From: Eledone cirrhosa
Lineage: Eukaryota
Assembly: GCA_964016885.1 (NCBI GenBank)
Contig: OZ024742.1
Span: 300,824,001-300,888,000, forward strand
Direction of reading: 5' to 3'
Length of the DNA stretch: 64,000 nt
Position numbers and translations under genes: made by a program. Shown here piece after piece: positions 53,420 to 64,000 of this stretch (its first letter is position 1; each line of letters begins with the position of its first letter). Under the pieces are notes generated by a model. It saw only the letters and a list, made by a program, of their open reading frames with translations, was not told the origin of the DNA and did no database searches.

Positions 53420-54330
53420 AAAAATATTCAGAATAAAAACCCTGCATGGCCAGTTTGAAAGAGACACAGAAAACAAAGAATCATGTGAGTCATGGAACTG
53501 GTTAAGAAAAGGAAACTTGAAAAGAGAAACAAAGCTTATTATTAGCAGCTCAAGAGTAAGATCTAAATATCAATAGAGTAATGAGAGGAATTTACAAAAT
53601 GGATGTGTCAAACAAATGTGGACTGTGTGGGATTCATGTGGAGAATATGTTGTATATTGTCAGTGGTTGTGAAACATTAACACAAAAATAAAACAAAAGA
53701 AGGCATGACAAGGTTTATGTTAATCTACATTGGATATTGTGCAAGAAATATGGCATTGATGTTGTTGAAACATGGTACAAGCACAAACCAAAATCTGTGG
53801 TAAAAAAAATGAAAGTGTTAAGATATTGTGGGATATGAACATTCAAACAGATAGAGAGATCAAGCCCAGACAATCTGACATTGTAATGATTTAGAAAATG
53901 GCAGATTAGGGTTAAAGACACGGTCACCTGATCCAACTTGCCTCAAATGGGACAACCTGGCTAACCCATACTAGCATGGAAAATGGACATATGATGATGA
54001 TGATGATGATAATGTAGCCTGTCCAGTGATACCTATCTGGTTGAAAAGAGAAATGAGAAATTAGGAAACTACTCTCAGTGTAAGGTGGTAATAGGAAGAA
54101 TGTGGAATAAAGAGATACACATCATTCCTATAATCATTCGTGCTTTGGGATCAATCCCACCAGATTTCCATAACCACACTCAATATATAGTGCGAGGTAA
54201 GTACTCGTCAAAAAGGTTTTGTCTATTAAATGAGAGAAAATCCAGTCGTTCTCCATATCTTAAGCTTATGTTAAGCCTAAGGTGGAGCGCTAAATAATCA
54301 GGAGTAACACCCAAAATTGTGAAAAGAGTA
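53420..54330 (+). mobile_element. Highly decayed R4/Dong-like 3' region with a SINE insertion
   Basis: Remnants include LHGQF, WNWLRKG.LKRET, C..C, RHDKV and IIPIII.ALG. Confidence 0.65.
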
Positions 54331-55472
54331 TAATAATTGTTTCTACTTTTGGCACAAGGCCAGCAATTACTCAGTACATTACTAGTACTTTATTTTATCG
54401 AGCCCGTAAGGATGAAAGGCAAAGTTAACCTCGACGGGATTTGAACTCAAACCGTAAAGGGACGTAACTATGCTAGAAAGCATGGTGTCCAACCCTCTAC
54501 TGATACTGCCAAATGTTTCTACTTTTGACACAAGGCCAGCAATTATACCAGTGCATTACTGGTGCTTGAAAGGCAAAGCTAACCTCGGCGGGATTTGAAA
54601 TCAGATTGTAAAGGGCCGTAACTCTATGCTTCAAAGCATGGCATCCGACCCTCTACTGATACTGCCAATCCACAATAATGATAATAAAGGGTAAAGACCC
54701 CACTTCGGTCATGAATGACCATGGAGTTTGCATCTAGAAGGTTCCTCTTCGAGGCACAAGTCTGGGAGGAGTTGTTTGTGGAAGACCAACAGTTGCCCAT
54801 GCATACCAGTCTCCCTTCTCCACGTCACCAATATTGTCCAAGGGAAAGGCAAAGGCCGATACAACATGGCACCAGTGTCATCGCAACTCATTTCTACAGC
54901 TGAGTAAACTGGAGCAATGTGAAATAAAGTGTCTTGCTCAAGGACATAATGCTTCACCCAGTTCAAAAATTAAACCCATAACCTCACAATTGCAAGCCCA
55001 AAGCTCCAACTACTAAGACATGTGTCTTCACAATAATAATAATAGTAATAATAATAATAATAAGTAAACTTAACATGTCATCATATATATGTCCCCTTAT
55101 AGCTCATGAGACAATACATCTGAATATGGACAATTCCTCTCTGAGTCACAGTGGTGCCTGTATGCATGTCTCCCCTTCCCGTGGAGCCAATCTAGTCCAA
55201 CTTCCAAAGCATAGTTGTCCATACATACATGCCTGCCTCTCTCTGTGGCACCAATGTAGTCCAACTGTATGAACAAGTATGCCTTCCACTTCTATGGCAC
55301 TGATGTGGTTCAAGCAAAAAGTAAGGGACTATACAGCATAGAACATTTTTATCAAAGCTTTGAGAATGAAATTGTGTAGAAGACAAATGTGTGGAAGCCT
55401 GTCGTCAGATCAACTGTACCTGTAATTATATCAAGCCTTGTCACAATAATGCACTGATTATTCCTGAAAATT

Positions 55473-55531
<59 letters not shown>

Positions 55532-55631
55532 AAAAAGTATGACCCCGACGGCAGAACTCAAGCCGTTTCGACGGCTATTTCTGGACTCTGGTGCATTATG
55601 GTCCATTTGGTTCCTTACCACAATTCCTTTG

Positions 55632-55682
<51 letters not shown>

Positions 55683-55684
<2 letters not shown>

Positions 55685-56108
55685 TAGAAGAGATATTTAA
55701 TTTGTTGGAAATCCAACAAATTTAGATGTTTACAACTGATTCAGAGCACTCGACAGATTTCTGGAGTAAGTATTCAATGATATTAAATAAATGGAAACTA
55801 TATTTATAAAACCATATTTATTCGATTATATATATTTCAAGGGTACCAAAAATTTTGGTACGCTATCATCAGATAAAATACAAAATGTTTTAAAAAATTT
55901 TACATGACCAAAGATAATATACCTTAACGGAAAGTCCAGGGATAACTTGAACCGTTAAAGTATATTATCCTTGGTCATGTCAAATATTTATAAAACATTT
56001 TGTATTTTATCTGATGATAGCGTACCAAAATTTTTGGTACCCTTGAAATATATATAATAGAATATATATGGTTTTATAAATATAGTTTCCATTTATTTAA
56101 TATCATTG

Positions 56109-56110
<2 letters not shown>
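55683..56110. mobile_element. Palindromic pLTR-like element (arms ~55775-55930 and 55952-56108) with a hammerhead on each strand
   Basis: Plus strand 56004-56063 reads AUUUUAU CUGAUGA U AGCGUACCAAAA UUUUUGGUACCCUU GAAAU AUAU AUA AUAGAAU; mirror copy at ~55820-55879 on the minus strand; (TA)n flanks. Confidence 0.82.
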
Positions 56111-56144
<34 letters not shown>

Positions 56145-56313
56145 GTTGAGGCAGTAAACAGAAAACAAAAAAACAACGTGGAAGCGAAGAGGCAGTACAA
56201 ATGTTAATATTAGTTTCACGCTTGAGAGTACATACATGACTATATTTCTCTGTATACATGTGTGTGTGTGTGTGTGTGTTTGTGTGTGTGTATGTGTGTG
56301 TGTGTGTATGTGT

Positions 56314-56957
56314 GGTGTGATATAAGCCAATATTTAAGATAGAATCAAATAGTTGTACCGTTAGTGTTTACAACACCATTCATGCTCTCTATACAATTAA
56401 CCATTTGACTAACTGAATGTGTGTATGTGTGTGTTACCTGTATGTGTGTGTTAATGTATATACGTATCACTGTATGTGTGTATTAACGTATGTATGTGTT
56501 AGTGTATATGTTAATGTATGTGTGTTAATGTGTGTATGTTAGCGTGTATTAGTGTATATATGTTAGTGTATGTGTTACTGTATGTATGTTATTGTATATG
56601 TATTAGTGTATGCATGTTCATGTGAGTGTGTGTGTGTGTACATGTTATTGTATGTATGTTTATGTGAGTGTATGTGTGTCTGTGTGTATGTGTTAGTGTA
56701 TGTATGTTCATGTCAGTGTGTGTGTGTGTGTATGTTAGTGTATGTATGTTCATGTGTGTGTGTGTGTGTGTGTGTGTACTTATGTCAAGGGATGTACTGT
56801 TTGTCTTCCAATAATGTTTTTCTTCTTCAGTGAAAGACTGCCAATCAGTGTGATTCAGTTAGTTAAATGGTTAATTGTATAGAGAACAAGAATAGTGCTG
56901 TACACACCAATGGTACAACTGTTATATTCTATTCTAAATATTGGCTTATATCACACC
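56314..56957. repeat. ~105-bp inverted arms enclosing a TG-rich low-complexity tract
   Basis: 56314-56418 is the reverse complement of 56853-56957; a partial third copy lies at ~57172-57220. Confidence 0.75.
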
Positions 56958-57114
56958 TTTACACACACACACTTTTATATATATATATATATATATATAC
57001 ACTCTCTCACACACATATGTATATAAAGATAATGTGTGTATATATATATATATATACTTTCACACATATATATATATATATATATACTTTCACACATATA
57101 TATAGAGAGAGAGT

Positions 57115-57154
<40 letters not shown>

Positions 57155-57321
57155 TTTCACACACATATGTATATAGAGAGAGAATAAGAATGGTGCTGTA
57201 CACACCAATGGTACAACTGTTTTATTCAACCTTTGCTATGAAGTATCATTCGGCATCAAATACTTCCTGTCAAATATAGGATTACATCACATATTCCCAC
57301 CTATTCACACAAACACATACA

Positions 57322-57366
<45 letters not shown>

Positions 57367-57370
<4 letters not shown>

Positions 57371-57513
57371 ATAATAAGTAGGGACAAGGTGTCAAATTAT
57401 CATTAAGTTTATTCAGTTGTGACCTGTGTTTTGTGATTGATCAGTTCAAGGTTTGATCTCTATCGATTGGGTCTGACTCTGGAATTAAAAAAAAAGCTCA
57501 TCAGACGTCTGTA
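57367..57513 (-). mobile_element. Decayed member of the 3496-6242 family with a hammerhead remnant
   Basis: Minus strand reads cgt CUGAUGA GC...cagagtc..atcgatagagatcaaaccttgaactgatca..c AAAAC ACAG GUC ACA; (TA)n flanks. Confidence 0.65.
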
Positions 57514-57754
57514 TATATATATATACATGTGTGTGAATGTGTTCATATACATGTGTGTCTATATGTATGTGTATTCTTTTACATATTTCAATCATTAGAC
57601 TGTAGTTATTCTGGGGCACCTTTTTGAAGGGCTTTAGTCAGTCCTATCGACCCCAGTACTTATTTTATCAAAAGTGGAAGTATCCTGATTCGGATGACTA
57701 ATGGCAAGACAACACTTCGCCTGAAAAATAAACAAAAAGGGACTGAAGTTTCAA

Positions 57755-58330
57755 ACTACAGACTAATAACTTATATATCTTTACTGTGAAAACAGTTAAC
57801 AAACTATGTTACAGCTGAATACATTATCTATCTCTCCTGTGAAAACTGTTAACAGCTACATTACATACCAATAACTTATATATCTCTACTGTGAAAATTG
57901 TTAACAACTATGTTACAAACCAATAACTCATATATATTTACTGTGAAAACAGTTAACAAATTTTTAAAGACCAATACCGTATCTATCTCTCCTGGGAAAA
58001 CTGTTTAGAAATATGTTTGCAGACTGATACCTCATCAATCTTTACTGTGAAAACTGTTAACAAACTACATTACAGACTAATAACTTATATATCTCTGCTG
58101 TGAAAACTGTTAAATACATTACAGACTGATAACTTACATATCTCTACTGTGAAAACTGTTAACAAACTACATTGCAGAATAATAACTTATCTATCTCTCC
58201 TGTGAAAACTGTTAACAGCTACATTACATACCAATAACGTATATATCTCTACTGTGAAAACTGTTAACAACTGTTACAAACCAATAACACATATATCTTT
58301 ACTGTGAAAACTGTTAACAAATATGTTTGC
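57755..58330. repeat. Diverged minisatellite with ~53-56-bp units (about 10 units)
   Basis: Recurrent ctgtgaaaactgttaacaa...ataacttatatatctcta. Confidence 0.88.
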
Positions 58331-59125
58331 AAATAATATCAATGCACACCTAACAGGACAAAACCTACACTGTAATGAACAGAGAAGGAGTCAGAAAAAC
58401 TGAAGAGTGACAAACCCCAGCTGTTAATTGACAATATTTTAAGGAATTACAAGATATCAAAATCTGCTTTAATATTGGAGTAGACTGATTACTAGAATGC
58501 AGGTGATATGGTTCCACACTCTTGGAATTTGAAGATGTTTAAAATAACTGATAAGAGTAATGATGGAGAACAGAACTAACAGCATGAAGACAATTACTTG
58601 GAAGAGTCAAAATAGTTTGGGGGAACAACAGAACATTTTTATTCAAATTGTCCAAAGCAGAAAATAAGGTACTGATAGAATGTCTTTGTTCCTAGTTCAA
58701 CCTTGTTAGTTTTGTTCTAGCTTAAAATAATGGTTTCTGATTTATCGACCACGTAAGGATGAAAGGCAAAGCTAACCTCAGCGAGATTGGAACTCAGAAC
58801 GTAAAGGGCCGTAACTCTATGCTATAAATCATTTTGATCGACTTCATACCGATACTGCTAAGCCAGCAGAAGTAGAAAGGCAGATTGAAAATTACGATGG
58901 CAAGGAAAGCATCACATATAATGTGAATCAAAGAATTATTAAATAAAATAATTCTTTTACTATATACACCGTCATTTTTGACGGGTACTATGTTAGTAAA
59001 TAAATATGTGTTAGTTGTTCGTTTGTTTACGGTTCTTTTGTGTTCTATGGTTCTTGTTTTTCCTATTGTTTCAGTCATGTCATTAATTAACTGTTTGTCT
59101 TCTGTGCATGTTTTAATTAACACCT

Positions 59126-59127
<2 letters not shown>

Positions 59128-59179
<52 letters not shown>

Positions 59180-59209
59180 ACACATGCACGCACACACACA
59201 TACACACAT

Positions 59210-59273
<64 letters not shown>

Positions 59274-59890
59274 ACTCAATGATAAGACTGAAACAATGAC
59301 AAAAAGATCAAAAGCAACAATGGTGATGTTGTAATGTAAGTTAATTAATGTGGCTTTTGGTTGTGAGAATAGGATTGTGTGGGCAGTGATGCGTGGAGAG
59401 TGGAGAGTTGAGAGTAGGAGTGGAGAGTGGAGAGTTGGAGTGGAGAGTTGGAGTGGGAGTGGAGAGAGGGGAGTGGGAGTGGAGAGAGGGGAATGGGTGT
59501 GGTGAGTGGGAGTGGAGAGTTGAGAGTGTGAGTGGAGAGTTGGAGTGGGAGTGGGGAACGGGGAGTGGGTGTGGTGAGTGGAGAGTGGAGAGGGGAGTAG
59601 GTGCATCATCAGTAACAACAACAGTAATAACAACAGTAACAGCAACAACAACAACAGTAACATCAACAGTAATAACAACAGTGGCATCATTAATAACAAC
59701 AACAACAACAACAGTAACAACAGCGGCAACATCATTAACAACAACAATAACAACAACAGAAACATCATTAATAACAACAACAGTAAAAACAGCAATAACA
59801 GTAACATCAACAATAACAACAACAACAGCAACATCAACAATTGTAACAACAATAACAACAACAGTGATAGTAACAATAACAACAACAGTA
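59128..59890. repeat. Adjacent (CA)n, G-rich (GGAGAGT/GGGAGT)n and degenerate (AAC)n tracts
   Basis: Direct observation. Confidence 0.9.
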
Positions 59891-61478
59891 TCTATCTCCC
59901 TCTTCTCTACTATCATTCAGAGCTGGGGGTCTTCTTCTGTCCGAACCTCATTTATATAATACGTTCATCGGACCAAACAGTTGAAAATAATCAACGAGAG
60001 TAACCTCCCTTTGCAATAGACGTATTATCGCATAAATTATATTTAACCAGCGCGACAGGTTTGATCATAAGACAAAGGTTTTTCTTTTAAGCCTAAAACA
60101 CACCACATTTATCTCATTATATCATCATTATATATAAAAAATTATAGTGGACTAAATTTTCCTTCCAACGCAAAATCCAGCAATTACATGAAACCACTAC
60201 AATAACAAACGACGCCAAAACAAAGGAGCTATCGCTAGGGGTTTGAAACTCAATGGTTTAAAAGTAGTATTATGTCATGTGGGAGAGGCACAGCAAGCCA
60301 ATAATAAGACGAGGGGTTTGAGGATGATTTCCACTAGTTATAATGCTAATCTACAATACAACTGATAGGCTGCTATTTATTTATTTATTTATTTATTTCC
60401 ATCAAAACGAATACGTATATGATAGTAAGTGGAATATACTAATTAGTACAAAATGTAGGGCGACAAATTTTCCGTTTCCAATGTTTCTTTGTTCTAATGC
60501 CGGCCACAGAAAAGTAGGTTGCGGGCGACGTGTTTTAGACCCTTGAGCTATCGCTTATAACAACATTTATATTTATAATGCTAAACAGTGCTCCAGTCAC
60601 TAATCCCACGCCCAGCTCTCTACCCCAGCAAGGAGTATCCTGCAGCCCCTGTACCACCATCAATATATGCAAGAAAGGCTGAAACTACTCAAGTTGTAGC
60701 AATATTCATCAATGTATCCTGCATTAACCTGAGCCGACTAGCCTCATGTGTATTTCCAACGTAATGATGTAGCAGATACCTCTTCCTTTTGCTTGAGCAT
60801 CAGCAGCCAACCACCACAACTCCAGACCTGCCACCCTCTAAAAACCTAAGTTTTTATGGAGTACCATGAAAAAAGTGCCCCAAAACGGGGAGAAATGGGG
60901 CAAAATGGGAAGATTTTACATGGTGAAAGCTATACCCATTTTCACAAGAGAAAACATCTCTCGCCCTCCCCAAAGTGAGTGGAAGATCTCCCTGTCGGAC
61001 GGGGAGAGTTGAGAGGTCTGCAACTCCAAACGAGACAGTGAACCCGTTTGCTGCTTAAACCTTGTCAACAAACAACGAAGGGCTTCTTCAATCCTCATCT
61101 CTTCAATCGAGACGGCTTTGGACTCCAGTCACTCTACTGGGAGTGTCTGTTTTACTTCACTCCGCTTGGTTTCCCTAACATTAGTGCTGGAGGAGATAGC
61201 CTGTCACTGGTGGCAGTAATAAAGAACAATATTTCGGCCTTCGGTAAGACATCCATCCCAAGTTGTCTGACCATATTATCGTCAGTCTAAACACGTCCCC
61301 GCAGGCCTCTGCCCCTGTTAATGTCTCAAAGTGTTTACGTGACCGTTGAAACGTTAAATTTATTGAAGTTGCGTTCACTCAAACGAGGAAGTTTGGGCCA
61401 CTCATCGGTCTAACTATCCTGAACTACCTGCACATATCAGAAACATAGGTCCACCTGTCTCTTATCCTTAATGTATAA

Positions 61479-61726
61479 CAGGGGCGGTGGAAGCATTTCT
61501 GAATTGGTGGGGGGGGGTGCAAATTTGGTCAATTTAGTTGTAGTGGTTAGTTTAGCTGTTATCAAATATCAACCAATATATAAAAAAAACTTTGAGATGC
61601 GATAAACATAACATGTACATAAATTCATAAATTTTAGCGCATATATAAATAGATGTGTTTTTGGTAGTTTGGGGAGAAAAATATAATTATGGGGAGAGGA
61701 GGTTCCCCCCAATTCCATCACCCCTG
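61479..61726. mobile_element. Possible hAT-like MITE
   Basis: CAGGGGCGGTGGAA ... TTCCATCACCCCTG imperfect inverted ends; target-site duplication not clean. Confidence 0.4.
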
Positions 61727-61848
61727 CATAACCTTCCAGGCAATTATCGTTTTTAAGTGAGCACATACATACATACATACATACATACATACATACATAC
61801 ATACATACATACATACATACATACATACATACATACATACATACATAC

Positions 61849-62175
61849 AGGAGAAGGAGGGCATCTACGGACCATTGATGAGGAGTTTACAAATCCAGTA
61901 TCCAAGATACACCATTAGCTTCATACCCATCATTATTGGAGCTACGGGTTATATACCAACCCGCTTGGACCAAAGTATGACTGAACTTGGATTTGCGGAC
62001 AAAAAGCGCAGCTCCCTAATTCATAGTCTACAAATGGCTGCGATAGCTGGCACCTTCAAAATTTGCAAAACATTCTTGCGATTCAAGGGATGACAAATTC
62101 TTTTCTTTTACAACCTTGCCACCAGGAAGGTGGCCGGTCAAAAAAATATACTCGAAATTAAGAGAAAGAGATAAC
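61849..62175 (+). mobile_element. 3' fragment of an RLE element related to 38748-41053, in (CATA)n
   Basis: MRSLQIQYPRYTISFIPIIIGATGY...GTFKICKTFL resembles MRNMQILHPDYTFRFIAVIIGALGY...GTVKICKTF. Confidence 0.8.
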
Positions 62176-62712
62176 ATACATACATACATACATACATACA
62201 TACATACATACATACATACATACATACATACATACATACATGATGATGATGGCTGCCCCCTCGTTATCGAGAATATCCATTGCACGATATAACATTATTA
62301 ATAATTATTAATTAATTCTATCATGCAATGCCTGTGCATGAATATTTTTTTTAAAGTGAGGAAAGACTGTGCACTGAGCCAATCCCACTCTCTGAGCGAC
62401 AGTAGCTATAACCCGAAAAGAAGAAAAGATCAACATCATCAGTAACTACTGAGCCGCAGGTTTTATGTCGGAGGTATCCCAGATTCCTGAGTTGCCTTCT
62501 CCTAGAAGAATGCCCTGACAAAGGCTAGGGGTCCTTCACTCCCAGTGGGTTAACCGCGCGATCGGATACCCAGCCCGACTATTTCTATGTCCCCGCGCAT
62601 ATATGCACACATGCATATACATATATACATATACATACACATGCATACATACATACATACATACATACATACATACATACATACATACATACATACATAC
62701 ATACATACATAC

Positions 62713-63321
62713 ATGGTGGCTGCCAACTCGTTTTCGAGTACGGCCACTACTTTATATCCATGTAGGAGAACCCCTACCGAAGCGCTGAACGAGTGTGACT
62801 TTTTAGTCCAGCCAGCGACTTGAAAACTCTGGTACGAACACTACACTTGTGACAATTATTGACACATAGTGCTGGGCCCATTGTACCATGTGAGGACAAG
62901 TGCAGAGAGATTTCCAGATATAAAGCAATGCCTGTGCCGTGAAGCTTTTATAGTGAGCAAAGGCACTGCACAAAGCCTGTCCCACTCTCTTAACCAAGAT
63001 GATATTTACCAAAAAGAAGAACAAGTCAACATCATTGGATACCATCAGGGTTGCAGGTGTTATATCAGAGTTTTCCTTCTCCTAGAATTCTGCCTTGACA
63101 AAGGCTAAGGGGTCATCTCTCCCGGTGATTTTGGATGGCCATTGACTCTGAAGAGCTCCTTTGCCCTTTGACAGGTTTTGTTTTTAGTCCTGCAGGATGT
63201 CCAAAGTCACCCTCCTCACCAAGAAACCTTGGTGGGGTTGCCAGTTTAGTCGCCAACGACCCGACCATGAGACAGGTTGTACTGGGATACATGTTACCAA
63301 TAGGACCAACTGGTGACCTGA
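62713..63321 (-). mobile_element. Non-autonomous RTE-derived element (~610 bp) flanked by (CATA)n; a related element lies at 62235-62600
   Basis: Near-identical reverse complement of 8030-8640. Confidence 0.8.
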
Positions 63322-64000
63322 CATACATACATACATACATACATACATACATACATACATACATACATACATACATACATACATACATACATACATACAT
63401 ACATACACACATATTTATTTATTTAGCTGAAACAACCATTATATTGTTCACGCTCAAACAATAATAAATATAATGTTAGATAATGCAGCGATTTGAAAAA
63501 GAGAAAAAGAAGCACAAAAAAAATGAGATGAGGAAAAAATAGAGGAACTGTTGTCACTTGTGAAAAGAACTAGTGCATAAGTACTAAATTAACAGTGTGT
63601 ATAACTTATTAAGTAAGCCGAATGTTAAAATAAATGAATAAACTAGGTACTACTGTTACTACTACTACTACTACTACTACTGTTGCTGCTGCTACTATTA
63701 TTAATAATCATTTGTACTATAGGCACAAGGCCAGCAATTTGGGGAGAGGGGAAATCGATTAAATTGACCTCAGTGCATTACTGGTGCTTTATTTTATCGA
63801 CTCCGTAAAGATGAAAGGCAAAGTTAACTTCATCGGGATTTGAACTCAGAATGTAAAGAGACGTAACTATGTCGCGAAGCAAGGTATCAGACGTTCTACA
63901 GATTCTGCCAATCCGCCGACATAATGACTATTATTAATAATAATAATTGTTTCTACTTTTGGCACAAGTCCAGCAATTATCCCAATGTATTACTGGTACT

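Noticed and set aside
59124-60003. Poly-Leu, poly-Asn, poly-Thr and poly-Val ORFs
   Set aside because: Translations of degenerate (AAC)n and G-rich simple repeats.

Overview
AT-rich, microsatellite-dense animal (eukaryotic) DNA made almost entirely of transposable elements and tandem repeats. No host protein-coding gene can be supported. The SINE/LINE repertoire suggests an octopod cephalopod, which is an inference and was not checked by search. Recognisable retroelements are: a near-full-length RTE-clade LINE with an intact 1022-aa ORF; a near-full-length Tx1/L1-like LINE; a 5'-truncated Penelope-like element (RT plus GIY-YIG); several decayed RLE-type (R4/Dong-like) elements; CR1 fragments; tRNA-derived SINEs; MITEs; and 9-, 48-, 57- and ~60-bp minisatellites. 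The most striking hidden signal is about a dozen hammerhead-ribozyme motifs (stem I-CUGANGA-stem II-GAAA-stem III-NUH-stem I'), read by eye on both strands. They sit in short, mostly palindromic non-coding elements inserted into (TA)n tracts, and one lies in the 3' region of the Penelope-like element itself. In one such element the 5' half of the ribozyme has been amplified about 50 times as a 48-bp array. Each retroelement class also sits in its own microsatellite type, and a 1.3-kb fold-back palindrome is present.
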